A DNA stretch of 64,000 nt, taken from assembly GCF_053078305.1 (NCBI RefSeq), contig NZ_CP166879.1; one strand, 5' to 3'. Shown piece by piece: positions 7,296-18,834 of this stretch. Below the pieces are notes generated by a model. The model saw nothing but the letters and a program-made list of their open reading frames with translations, did no database searches and was not told where the DNA came from. Positions within the stretch are counted from its first letter, which is position 1. Each line of letters starts with the position of its first letter. The translations under genes and the position numbers were made by a program.

Positions 7296-7825
7296 GATGG
7301 CAGCCTCCTTTATCGTTGGGATATACCCACCGCTGGAGGTTCCAATCTCGCTGGCGGTGGACTGCACGGAGTTGGAACTACTGGCGATAAAGGAAACCAG
7401 CCTGACCGAAGTCAGCCCCATACAGCCCACCATTGATAAGGTGTGCGTGTGCGCCGATACAAAAAAAGACGCGTTCGGCGTCTGTATCGCCTTTATCTCC
7501 AGCGGGGTTCCAATCCCGACACCCGTTTTATGAGGTGCGCGGGAATCATAGCCATTTTTGATACTGGCGATCAACTGATTTTCTCTGGCGGGTATTTGGC
7601 GCGGATGCCTGTTACCTGTGGCAATATACACACGACTGTATACAATACACATCGGTTAACTCCTTATATTCCGTTGATGGCCCGTAGTGTTATTGCATTG
7701 CGGGTATTTTTTACCTGCCGTTAATTGAATGCGGCAAGGCATCACGACGGTTAACCCGTTTTGCATAACGTGAGGCGTTTTATTTTCTGCGCTGGTGGCT
7801 TTTATATTTCACATATGGGAATTTA

Positions 7826-8029
7826 TTATTCCTGCTGATAACGCTCCTCTACTTTCTTCTCAAGCCATGATTTCACCTCATCCTCAAACCAGCCAACGCG
7901 GCGTAATCCACGCTTAAAACCAGGAATAAATTCACCAGCCTTAACCATTGTGTCAATGCTCGTTGTACTAAGGCGAAGAAGATTTGCGACTTCTCGTTTT
8001 GTAAGGATTTTCTTTTCTGTAATGTTCAT
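7826..8029 (-). CDS. alpA: AlpA-family phage transcriptional regulator (HTH)
   Basis: 67-aa ORF, LTKREVANLLRLSTTSIDTMVKAGEFIP HTH typical of AlpA/prophage CP4-57 regulator family. Confidence 0.8.
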   Translation of the reverse strand: MNITEKKILTKREVANLLRLSTTSIDTMVKAGEFIPGFKRGLRRVGWFEDEVKSWLEKKVEERYQQE

Positions 8030-8121
8030 ACTTTGCGTTCCTTTTGTTTCAGGCGCTAACTTGCCTAAACTTGTTCAAGGATATGCAAACACGGTAAAAG
8101 CTGGCATTGCGGAATATTACG

Positions 8122-8145
8122 AAAAAAGCCCGTAATATTACGGGC
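8122..8145 (-). terminator. Rho-independent terminator after int-cargo unit
   Basis: Hairpin GCCCGTAATATTACGGGC followed on minus strand by U6. Confidence 0.65.
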
Positions 8146-8166
8146 GGTCATATGTTCAGAAGTCTG

Positions 8167-9063
8167 TCAGTCGTCAACGTCTGCAAGCCACTTACCTATG
8201 CATGTTGGTGTGGCACCGATATCAACGCCTGCTTTGGTTAGTGCGCGGCTTAACTTGCTGTGACCGTTTTCAAGCGCCCTTCGTGGGTTTGACGCCTCTT
8301 CTTCTCCGGCTATAGCGGTGATTAGTCTTTTGATAACTCTGGCCTGAAGATTGGTTGTTTTCTTTGATGGGGGTGGTTTATTGATGTTTAATTCATCCAT
8401 GTTTTCAATAGAAGCGGTACGCCCTCCGTTTATGGCTAAATCTATCTCACTTCTGGAAATAAAAATATCGTTACGTGATATATCCCATCCCTGTAATAAA
8501 ATCGCAGCTTTAAAATCATCCTCGTCATCGTTATCGATTATCTGAATGTATTTAGTATTTGTTGTATCGTGAAATGATAATCTTTCAATGTCTGCGCTGT
8601 TAGCCTTTACATTAAGCAATCCATCAGCTTTAACATATATTTCTTTTGCGGGTGTTATTATTTGTGCGTTTTTTATCTCTGGCTCATCTTCAGCAAAAAT
8701 ATTCATGCTGAAATAATCACCATATGATGAGTAATGATAGTTTATGTTGAGTCCTGCATGTGCATAATAAAAAACATCTATTGGAGTGAGTAGCTTATTT
8801 ATAGATGTGGCATCAATGATTACATTGCAATATTCATTTGTGTAATGCTGGTATAATGTTTTATTAGCACTGATAAGCTCAGGCTTTACCCCTTCATAAT
8901 ACTTTAATGTCAGTTTTTCATTTATATTAATGCGATACAAAAAACGCATCCTCCTCGTAGCGATGAAATGAAGCAAATCATCAACGTCACACTCAAGCCT
9001 TCTGGCTGCCTTGTCTAACGGGTAATAATCCCTTTCAGGAAGGTTTATTTTTTTGTTTGCCAT
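8167..9063 (-). CDS. Hypothetical protein, low-GC cargo (possible N-terminal excisionase-like HTH); function unknown
   Basis: 298-aa ORF 4 bp downstream of integrase stop; markedly AT-rich (about one third GC by eye) versus flanking genes; N/I/D-rich; followed by terminator. Confidence 0.6.
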   Translation of the reverse strand: MANKKINLPERDYYPLDKAARRLECDVDDLLHFIATRRMRFLYRININEKLTLKYYEGVKPELISANKTLYQHYTNEYCNVIIDATSINKLLTPIDVFYYAHAGLNINYHYSSYGDYFSMNIFAEDEPEIKNAQIITPAKEIYVKADGLLNVKANSADIERLSFHDTTNTKYIQIIDNDDEDDFKAAILLQGWDISRNDIFISRSEIDLAINGGRTASIENMDELNINKPPPSKKTTNLQARVIKRLITAIAGEEEASNPRRALENGHSKLSRALTKAGVDIGATPTCIGKWLADVDD

Positions 9064-9067
9064 GCCC

Positions 9068-10348
9068 TTAACCGTTAACCATTTTTAACCCACGATAGCC
9101 ACCCGTGGCGCTTACGCTCCCGCTGGCAGCTGCCTCTACAAAATCCCCCCACCACGCCATTAACGGGCGTCGCTGCTCGAGATAGGTTGAGCGGTTGTAC
9201 GCACGGCGAACCTCGTTTTTATCTATGTGTGACAATGCCGCCTCGATTACGTCAGAGTCAAAACCTTGCTCGTTAAGTGCGGTACTTGCTATTGAGCGCA
9301 AGCCATGAGCAACCAGCCGCCCACTAAAACCCATGCGTTTTATTGCTGCGTTTGCTGTTTGTACGCACATATGGCGCTGCGGGTCGCTGTTGTGTGGAAA
9401 TATAAACTCACGATGCCCGCTTATTGGCTTCATGACGTCCAGAATGGCTAACGCCTGCTTCGAGAGTGGTATTACGTGTTCCCTGCGTTGTTTAAGTCTG
9501 TGCTCTGGTATGCGCCATTCCTTCACCTCAAAATCAATTTCACACCAGCGCGCGCCAGCTGCTTCACCTGGTCGGCAAATTGTCAGTAGCTGCCACTCAA
9601 TGACCAGCCGCGTTTGTCGTTCCACCCGTGCCGTTGCCAGCTTCTGCATAAATTCGGGGAGTTCTTCAGGGCGTATTGCTGGCATGTTCTTAACGCTTGG
9701 CGCGTTAAATGCCTTGCTTATCTCTGATGCCGGATTCGCGGCAATCATTCCGGTATTAACGGCGTAATACATGACCTCATTGATTCGCTGTGCTGTCCTT
9801 CTGACGGTATCTAATTTCCCCTGGGCGGCTAATGGTTTTAATGCTTCGATGAAATTGCTTGCTATCAGGTCTGCTATTGGCCTGTTACCGACTGACGGGA
9901 ATACATTACGCTCCAGCGAACGCCATATATCGCGTAGTGTATCTTCTGCGAGTCCTTGCCCTTTTTTAAGTTCAAACCAGAGCGTAGCTACATGCCTGAA
10001 GGTGTTCTCTCTCTTCATCACTTCACTAAGGCGCTGTTTCTCTCTGTGCTCTTTTGGGTCAATGCCACCAGAAAGAAGCGCTCTGTATTCGTCTTTTATC
10101 TTTCGCGCGCCCGCAATGCTGATTTCTGGATATGCGCCAATGCTTAACATGGCCCGTTTTTTTGTGTGTGGCTTGTAGTAGCGGTAACGCCACAAGCAAG
10201 AGGCGCTTTTGTGCTTAATCACCAGTTCCAGCCCTTCGCCGTCAGTGATGAAAAGGTCCTTTTTTTCGTTGCTGGCTTTTCGCTGGAGGCTTTTTATCGT
10301 TGCGGGTGATAAAGACTTAACTTTTTTGGTCACCGGTTCAACTCCCAT
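9068..10348 (-). CDS. int: Tyrosine site-specific integrase, P4-type
   Basis: 426-aa ORF; catalytic tail ...AHGLRSIASTAL...RAYNRSTY; adjacent to tRNA and att repeat. Confidence 0.9.
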   Translation of the reverse strand: MGVEPVTKKVKSLSPATIKSLQRKASNEKKDLFITDGEGLELVIKHKSASCLWRYRYYKPHTKKRAMLSIGAYPEISIAGARKIKDEYRALLSGGIDPKEHREKQRLSEVMKRENTFRHVATLWFELKKGQGLAEDTLRDIWRSLERNVFPSVGNRPIADLIASNFIEALKPLAAQGKLDTVRRTAQRINEVMYYAVNTGMIAANPASEISKAFNAPSVKNMPAIRPEELPEFMQKLATARVERQTRLVIEWQLLTICRPGEAAGARWCEIDFEVKEWRIPEHRLKQRREHVIPLSKQALAILDVMKPISGHREFIFPHNSDPQRHMCVQTANAAIKRMGFSGRLVAHGLRSIASTALNEQGFDSDVIEAALSHIDKNEVRRAYNRSTYLEQRRPLMAWWGDFVEAAASGSVSATGGYRGLKMVNG

Positions 10349-10388
10349 AAGCTGTTAAAGGCATATGCAAATCTGTGTTTTTTCCGGC

Positions 10389-10412
10389 GTATGCCTTTTT
10401 GTATGCCTTTTT
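10389..10412. repeat. Right direct repeat GTATGCCTTTTTGTATGCCTTTTT (putative att)
   Basis: Exact 24-bp copy of 1804-1827, 41 bp upstream of int start. Confidence 0.75.
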
Positions 10413-10454
10413 AATCTTGCTTATACGCTATCAAACTGGCCCAAACTGAACAAT

Positions 10455-10484
10455 AAAAAACCCGCGTTCCTTGTCTGGCGCGGG
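10455..10484 (-). terminator. Rho-independent terminator of ileX
   Basis: Hairpin CCCGCG...CGCGGG followed by U6 on minus strand, ~50 bp 3' of tRNA. Confidence 0.7.
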
Positions 10485-10531
10485 TTTGCTTTGTTTAACT
10501 TGCCGTAACTTGTCTTTACTTGGTGTCGATT

Positions 10532-10607
10532 TGGTGGCCCCTGCTGGACTTGAACCAGCGACCAAGCGATTATGAGTCGCCTGCTCTAACCACTGAGCTA
10601 AGGGGCC
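10532..10607 (-). tRNA. ileX: tRNA-Ile2 (anticodon CAU, lysidine-modified), 76 nt with encoded CCA
   Basis: Reverse complement reads GGCCCCTTAGCTCAGTGGTTAGAGCAGGCGACTCATAATCGCTTGGTCGCTGGTTCAAGTCCAGCAGGGGCCACCA; cloverleaf and CAT anticodon. Confidence 0.9.
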
Positions 10608-10731
10608 ATGGTAGCGGATTATAAAGTAACTCCGTGTCGCAATCCAGCCATTACCGCGCGCCTGCTGTTTTTATAAACAATGTATTTTCAATCCGTTATA
10701 CTTTTCCTGATGATGTTAGAAAGGAGTAAAT

Positions 10732-11238
10732 ATGGTTGAGGATATTTTGGCTCCAGGGTTACGGGTCGTGTTTTGCGGTATCAACCCTGGGCTTTCATCC
10801 GCCGGGACTGGTTTTCCCTTTGCTCATCCGGCAAATCGCTTCTGGAAGGTGATATATCAGGCCGGGTTTACCGACCGTCAGTTGAAGCCGCAGGAGGCAC
10901 AGCATCTGCTGGATTATCGTTGTGGCGTCACCAAACTGGTAGACCGTCCAACGGTGCAAGCCAATGAAATTTCAAAGCAAGAGCTACACGCAGGTGGGCG
11001 TAAGCTGATTGAAAAAATTGAAGATTATCAGCCGCAAGCGTTGGCGATTCTGGGTAAACAAGCATATGAACAGGGATTCAGCCAGCGCGGTGCACAGTGG
11101 GGGAAACAAACGCTCAGCATTGGTTCGACGCAGATTTGGGTGCTGCCAAATCCCAGTGGTTTAAGTCGCGTTTCACTGGAGAAACTGGTTGAAGCGTATC
11201 GCGAGCTGGACCAGGCGCTGGTGGTGCGTGGGCGATAA
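10732..11238 (+). CDS. mug: G/U mismatch-specific DNA glycosylase
   Basis: 168-aa ORF with GINPGL motif; matches E. coli Mug. Confidence 0.9.
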   Translation: MVEDILAPGLRVVFCGINPGLSSAGTGFPFAHPANRFWKVIYQAGFTDRQLKPQEAQHLLDYRCGVTKLVDRPTVQANEISKQELHAGGRKLIEKIEDYQPQALAILGKQAYEQGFSQRGAQWGKQTLSIGSTQIWVLPNPSGLSRVSLEKLVEAYRELDQALVVRGR

Positions 11239-11240
11239 AA

Positions 11241-11263
11241 AACGCCACCGAAAAGGTGGCGTT
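11241..11263. terminator. Bidirectional hairpin between mug and rpoD
   Basis: AACGCCACC-GAAAA-GGTGGCGTT flanked by A-run and T-rich tract. Confidence 0.5.
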
Positions 11264-11280
11264 TGTGCAAAGGGACAGGT

Positions 11281-11313
11281 GCCGGGTGCGGCGTAACGCC
11301 TGATCCGGCCTAC
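11281..11313. repeat. REP-like palindromic element downstream of rpoD
   Basis: GCCGGGTGCGGCGTAACGCCTGATCCGGCCTAC. Confidence 0.5.
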
Positions 11314-11316
11314 CGA

Positions 11317-13158
<1,842 letters not shown>

Positions 13159-13352
13159 AAGACGGTATCCACACTTATTTCATGAGGTTGGTGTTGGGCG
13201 ATTGACCCGATGTCCTTCAGCCGTTAACGCTGAAATCCAACGGTTGTTTACCGCCAACGATAATTACGAGGGCGTACTTATATATTTGCCGCTGCCTCTC
13301 AGTGCGGCTGTCGGGGGCTTCCCGATCGCTCTTCGGCACTTAAGCCGTTAAA

Positions 13353-15098
13353 TCACTTTTTCGCCAGCTCCTGGTTTAATGTCCAGAGCTCCAGGCGTTC
13401 TTCGTTGCTTAAACCATGCGTGCGCTCACGAGCGATTAACTCTTCCTGGCGCAGTTCAAGCAGCGAATCAAACATATGGTTGAGTGAGTCGGTGAAGGTT
13501 TGCTCAGCAATATTCTTATCTGCTATATCGTCCCACATCGACAGTTTTTCAAGGGTGGCAGCATTATTTGTACCACGATAGTGCTCTAAAAGTTGCCCGG
13601 TGGTCAGACCTGGCTGGGAGAGACAAGTGTTGACCAGTTCTCTGAATAAGCCAAGTCCAGGGAGCTTATTTTCATCCAGATTCTCAAGCGGCGGGACCAA
13701 CGTCGCTAATTCTGGATTTTGCACCAGCAACCCTATAAGTATACGCATGGTCGTGCGTTTTAGCTGCGGAACAGGGCGAGAAACGCCGCTCTCTGCCGCT
13801 TTTGGCATTAATCGTTCAAGCTGGCTGTCATCAAGTATGCCTAATTTGTTGCCTAATTCCTGACGAAGATATATTCGCAGCGTTTCGCCCGGCACTTGCG
13901 ATATCAATGGCAGTGCCAGCGTACTCAAACGTGCGCGCCCGTCAGGGGTACTCAGATCAACTTGCGGCATCAGGCTGTTAAACAGAAATGCGGAGAGTGG
14001 CATCGCCTGCTCCATCCGCGCTTCAAACGCTTCTTTACCTTCTTTTCGTACCAGCGTGTCAGGGTCTTCGCCATCAGGCAAAAACATAAAGCGTAGCTGA
14101 CGGCCGTCTGTCATGTAAGGCAGCGCCGTTTCCAGCGCTCGCCATGCGGCATCACGGCCTGCACGGTCGCCGTCATAACAGCAAATGACATTGTTGGTCG
14201 CGCGGAACAACAGTTGTATGTGATCGGCGGTGGTTGACGTACCTAACGACGCAACGGCGTAATTAATGCCGTATTGCGCCAGCGCCACCACGTCCATATA
14301 GCCTTCGACCACAAGCAGACGATTGGGTTCAGCGTTATCCTGCTGCGCTTCATAAAGACCGTAAAGCTGGCGGCCTTTATGGAAAATGTCTGTTTCCGGC
14401 GAGTTCAGGTATTTGGGGGTATCGTTGCCCAGCACACGCCCGCCAAAACCAATCACCCGACCGCGTTTATCGCGAATGGGGAACATCACCCGCTCGCGGA
14501 AACGATCGTAACTGCGCCCCTGATCGTTAGTGACCAACATGCCCGCATCAATCAATGACTGGCGATTTTCTGGATTGCCGCCAAACCTCTTCAGGACGTT
14601 GTCCCAGCCGGGGGGCGCAAAACCAATCGCAAAGCGGGCGATAACCTCGTGGCTTAATCCGCGTTTTTCCAGATACTGGCGCGCAGACGTGGCAACAGGT
14701 TGCTGTAAAGATTGTTGGTAAAACGTATTCAGACCGTCCATCAACTGATAAAGCGTTTGCCGCTGATGGCGCTCGATCTGGCTGGGGCCGCTACCTGCTT
14801 CAAATGGCACTTCAAGATTGTGCATTGCTGCCAGCTCTTCGACCGTTTCGACGAACTCGAGCTTGTCGTAGTTCATCAGGAAGTCGATCGCGTTGCCGTG
14901 CGCGCCACATCCAAAGCAGTGGTAAAACTGTTTCTCACCGTTAACGGTGAAGGACGGGGTTTTCTCGTTGTGGAATGGACAACACGCGTGGAAATTCTTG
15001 CCCTGCTTTTTCAGCTTCACACGGGCATCGATCAGATCGACGATGTCGGTGCGTGCCAGCAGATCATTAATGAATACGCGTGGGATTCGTCCAGCCAT
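13353..15098 (-). CDS. dnaG: DNA primase
   Basis: 581-aa ORF; zinc-ribbon CPFHNEKTPSF, Toprim core. Confidence 0.95.
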   Translation of the reverse strand: MAGRIPRVFINDLLARTDIVDLIDARVKLKKQGKNFHACCPFHNEKTPSFTVNGEKQFYHCFGCGAHGNAIDFLMNYDKLEFVETVEELAAMHNLEVPFEAGSGPSQIERHQRQTLYQLMDGLNTFYQQSLQQPVATSARQYLEKRGLSHEVIARFAIGFAPPGWDNVLKRFGGNPENRQSLIDAGMLVTNDQGRSYDRFRERVMFPIRDKRGRVIGFGGRVLGNDTPKYLNSPETDIFHKGRQLYGLYEAQQDNAEPNRLLVVEGYMDVVALAQYGINYAVASLGTSTTADHIQLLFRATNNVICCYDGDRAGRDAAWRALETALPYMTDGRQLRFMFLPDGEDPDTLVRKEGKEAFEARMEQAMPLSAFLFNSLMPQVDLSTPDGRARLSTLALPLISQVPGETLRIYLRQELGNKLGILDDSQLERLMPKAAESGVSRPVPQLKRTTMRILIGLLVQNPELATLVPPLENLDENKLPGLGLFRELVNTCLSQPGLTTGQLLEHYRGTNNAATLEKLSMWDDIADKNIAEQTFTDSLNHMFDSLLELRQEELIARERTHGLSNEERLELWTLNQELAKK

Positions 15099-15126
15099 AG
15101 GCCCCGATTTTTAGCAATTCATAAAC

Positions 15127-15162
15127 GAAAATAAGCCGCGCATTCCTTTCGGAAGCACGGCC
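15127..15162 (-). terminator. Internal terminator T1 between rpsU and dnaG
   Basis: Hairpin GGCCGTGCTTCCGAAAGGAATGCGCGGC followed by U-rich tract on minus strand. Confidence 0.65.
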
Positions 15163-15208
15163 TTACAACTACAACTCGGTCTGATCGGAGAGCAACGCTC
15201 TCGGGGAA

Positions 15209-15463
<255 letters not shown>

Positions 15464-15661
15464 TCAACGCCAGCTTATTTCAAAATGGTGCGGAATTTTA
15501 CTGCAATTGCTGCTGCTTTGTAAAGCACCGCGGCCTTTTTTGAAAGGGACTTTTATAAGGGTGAGGAGTATACACGAGGCTTTCTCCAGGGGCGAACAAA
15601 GTTTTACATCAACCCGCATTGGTCCTACACTGCGCGGTAATAAAGCGAGGTAAAACAAGTC

Positions 15662-16675
15662 ATGCGTGTACTGGGTATTGAAACTTCCTGCGATGAAACC
15701 GGCATCGCCATTTACGACGATGAAAAAGGTTTGTTAGCCAACCAATTGTATAGTCAGGTGAAATTGCACGCTGACTACGGGGGCGTTGTGCCTGAGCTGG
15801 CCTCCCGCGATCATGTGCGTAAAACCGTACCGTTGATCCAGGCGGCGCTAAAGGAGTCTGGTTTAACGGCAAAAGACATTGATGCTGTGGCCTATACCGC
15901 AGGCCCTGGATTAGTCGGCGCGCTGCTGGTTGGCGCGACCGTGGGGCGTTCTCTGGCGTTTGCCTGGGACGTTCCGGCGATCCCTGTACACCATATGGAA
16001 GGGCATCTGTTAGCGCCGATGCTGGAAGATAACCCGCCGGAATTTCCGTTTGTTGCGCTGCTGGTTTCCGGCGGTCATACGCAGTTAATCAGCGTGACTG
16101 GCATTGGTCAGTACGAGCTGCTCGGCGAGTCTATCGATGATGCCGCCGGTGAAGCGTTTGATAAAACCGCGAAGCTGCTGGGGCTGGATTATCCTGGCGG
16201 ACCGTTACTGTCGAAAATGGCGGCTCAGGGTACTGCCGGGCGCTTTGTTTTCCCGCGTCCGATGACCGACCGTCCGGGGCTGGATTTCAGCTTTTCTGGT
16301 CTGAAAACCTTTGCGGCGAACACGATTCGTGACAACGGCACCGACGACCAGACGCGTGCTGATATCGCCCGCGCCTTTGAAGATGCGGTGGTCGATACGT
16401 TGATGATTAAGTGTAAGCGTGCGCTGGATCAGACGGGCTTTAAGCGACTGGTCATGGCGGGCGGCGTGAGTGCTAACCGCACGTTACGGGCGAAGCTGGC
16501 TGAAATGATGAAAAAACGCCGCGGCGAAGTGTTCTACGCGCGTCCGGAATTTTGTACTGATAACGGCGCGATGATCGCCTATGCCGGAATGGTGCGGTTT
16601 AAAGCAGGCGCGACGGCGGATCTCGGCGTTAGCGTACGTCCGCGCTGGCCGCTGGCGGAGTTACCGGCTGCGTAA
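15662..16675 (+). CDS. tsaD: tRNA N6-threonylcarbamoyladenosine synthase TsaD (Kae1/YgjD)
   Basis: 337-aa ORF matching E. coli TsaD. Confidence 0.95.
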
Positions 16676-16717
16676 AACTATTGGGTGCCGGAGAGCAATT
16701 TCCGGCACCGTCCTCAC

Positions 16718-18181
16718 TTAAAGCAACACCACGGGCATCCACAGTAAGCCGGTAATCACCAGCAACACGAGGAATATCAACCCAAAAATCGCCCCCAGTC
16801 GCCAGTAATCCGCCGTTGGCAGATAACCACTACCGTAGTAAATCGGACTGGGTCCGGTGGCGTATGGTGTAAGAATGCTCCCCAGACCAATTGCCGCGCC
16901 AACCATCAGGCAGAACACCGGCAGCGGGATTTCCGGCATCGCCAGCGCGGCGGCAATCATCATCGGTGCGAGGGCGGAGGTATACGCCGTGGCGCTGGCG
17001 AAAAAGTAGCGCAGTAGATAAAACACCACAATCAACGCCACCATCACCATCGTTGGCGAATAACCGCTTAAGCTGCCTGCTAACAGTTTGCCAAACCAGC
17101 TAATAAAACCGGTGTTGTTGAGTCCGGTCGCGAGGGTGATAAGCGAGGCCAGCCAGAAGAAAACGTTCCACGCCGCTTTATTACTGACAATGTCGTCCCA
17201 ACTGATAATGCGCAGAAGCAGCATCAGCGCCACCACGCTGTAACCGACCATCGCGGCATCGATATAATCACCGCCGAAAATCCACAGCACCAGCGCGCCT
17301 ACCATCAGCCCCAGCATCCGTTTTTCACGCGAACAGAGCGGGCCCATTGCCTGCAGTTCCGTCTCTGCCCAGCGCGGCACCTGATCGCCTGACTTCAGTA
17401 CAGGCGGGTACAACACGTAAGCCAGCCAGGGAATCAGCAGGACCAGTAAAATACTGAGCGGCAACATCCCGAGGAACCAGTCGCCCCAACTCAGCGTGGC
17501 GTGAGATGCACTTTTCATCAGTCCAATTAACAGCAAGTTTGGTGCCATCGCCGTCAGGAAAATGGCGCTGGTCACGCAGTCGGCAACAATCCCCATCCAC
17601 ATGATGTACGAGCCAATGCTGCGTGAACTGCTGTCGTTTGGTTGTGATTGATAGAGCGGCGGCAGGTTACGGATGATGGGATAGATAATCCCCGCACCAC
17701 GCGCCGAGTTGGACGGTGTGACAGGTGCCAGGATCAGCTCGGAGAACATCACCGCATAGCCAAGAAACAGCGTGCGATGCCCCATCTTTTTCACCAGAAT
17801 CAGCGCGATACGTCGCCCCAGCCCGGTTTTTTCATAGCCTGTGCCAAACATAAAGGCGGCGAAAATCAGCCAGATAACCGAATTAGAAAAACCGGAAACG
17901 GCCCACGAGAGGGATTTTGCAGTGAATTTAAAGCCTGGCTGAGCGAGCTGCTCCGGGCTGAACAGCAGCCAGGGAGAGAGTATGGCGATGATGGATATAC
18001 CCACCATCGCCACCACGGCACCCGGCACGGGTTCGAGGATCAGTCCAACGATTACGCCAGTAAAAACGGCAAAGTAGAGCCAGGTATGACTCTCCAGCCC
18101 TGCGGGAACCGGAATTAGAGCAATAATGGCGATGACCGCCAGCGGCGCAAGGTATCGCCACCATTCAGTGGAAGGTTTCAT
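16718..18181 (-). CDS. ttdT: L-tartrate/succinate antiporter
   Basis: 487-aa polytopic membrane protein, DASS family; synteny with ttdAB. Confidence 0.85.
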   Translation of the reverse strand: MKPSTEWWRYLAPLAVIAIIALIPVPAGLESHTWLYFAVFTGVIVGLILEPVPGAVVAMVGISIIAILSPWLLFSPEQLAQPGFKFTAKSLSWAVSGFSNSVIWLIFAAFMFGTGYEKTGLGRRIALILVKKMGHRTLFLGYAVMFSELILAPVTPSNSARGAGIIYPIIRNLPPLYQSQPNDSSSRSIGSYIMWMGIVADCVTSAIFLTAMAPNLLLIGLMKSASHATLSWGDWFLGMLPLSILLVLLIPWLAYVLYPPVLKSGDQVPRWAETELQAMGPLCSREKRMLGLMVGALVLWIFGGDYIDAAMVGYSVVALMLLLRIISWDDIVSNKAAWNVFFWLASLITLATGLNNTGFISWFGKLLAGSLSGYSPTMVMVALIVVFYLLRYFFASATAYTSALAPMMIAAALAMPEIPLPVFCLMVGAAIGLGSILTPYATGPSPIYYGSGYLPTADYWRLGAIFGLIFLVLLVITGLLWMPVVLL

Positions 18182-18228
18182 CGTGTTATGCCTGCGAAAA
18201 AGGAGAGGGGCGAGCCTCTCCGGGAGGG

Positions 18229-18834
18229 TTATTTGATGTAATGGACGTGCTCGCAGATCTCTTCCACGATGGGATCGCGGCGTTCGGCGAACAGCTTTTT
18301 GTTTTCGGCTATCAGGTTGTTGCCGTGGGTATCAATAGAGACAATCAGCGGGCCGAACTCTTTGACCCGGCAGACCCACAGTGACTCCGGCATCCCGAGT
18401 TCTGTCCAGTGCACCTCTTCAATCTCTTCCACCTGGGTTGCCGCCAGCACCGCGCAGCCTGCCGGGAAAATCACATGTAGCGCCTTGAATTTCTGGCAGC
18501 CTTCTTCGGTCAGCGGCCCCATTCCGCCTTTGCCGACCACCAGTTTCACGCCGGTCTGCTCGATAAATTCACGTTCAAAACTTTCCATACGCATACTGGT
18601 TGTCGGACCGACGGAAACCATCTCCCATTTGTCGCCGTTTTTGCGCACGATGGGGCCAGCGTGGAAAATCGCTTTGCCGTTGAGATCGTAAGGGATCGGA
18701 CGTTTCAGTTCGATCAATCGGCGGTGACAAACGTCACGGCAGGTCACCAGCGTACCGGTCAGATAGATCACATCGCCGACGTGAATATCTTGCAGATCTT
18801 CAGCTTTGATCGGGGTTGTCAGGATCTTTTTCAT
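18229..18834 (-). CDS. ttdB: L(+)-tartrate dehydratase beta subunit
   Basis: 201-aa ORF, fumarate hydratase class I C-terminal-like. Confidence 0.9.
   Translation of the reverse strand: MKKILTTPIKAEDLQDIHVGDVIYLTGTLVTCRDVCHRRLIELKRPIPYDLNGKAIFHAGPIVRKNGDKWEMVSVGPTTSMRMESFEREFIEQTGVKLVVGKGGMGPLTEEGCQKFKALHVIFPAGCAVLAATQVEEIEEVHWTELGMPESLWVCRVKEFGPLIVSIDTHGNNLIAENKKLFAERRDPIVEEICEHVHYIK

Larger units (their letters stand above)
1804..10412. mobile_element. Integrative satellite-like / cryptic P4-like element inserted between yqjH and ileX
   Basis: Bounded by exact 24-bp direct repeats; contains P4-type integrase, AlpA, replication helicase plus iterons, icd-like module; all genes co-oriented; absent from the K-12 ileX-yqjH interval as recalled. 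Confidence 0.75.

Noticed and set aside
6193-7652. Full-length 164/154/181-aa ORFs as called by the track, and possibility of a CRISPR array because of tandem repeats
   Set aside because: Repeats are ~455 bp gene-containing units without short spacer-repeat periodicity; strong RBSs sit in front of internal ATGs, so only the C-terminal 56-62 aa are likely translated
10413-10607. Integration within the tRNA gene itself
   Set aside because: ileX is full length with CCA and retains its own terminator; the direct repeat is ~120 bp beyond the tRNA 3' end and does not contain tRNA sequence
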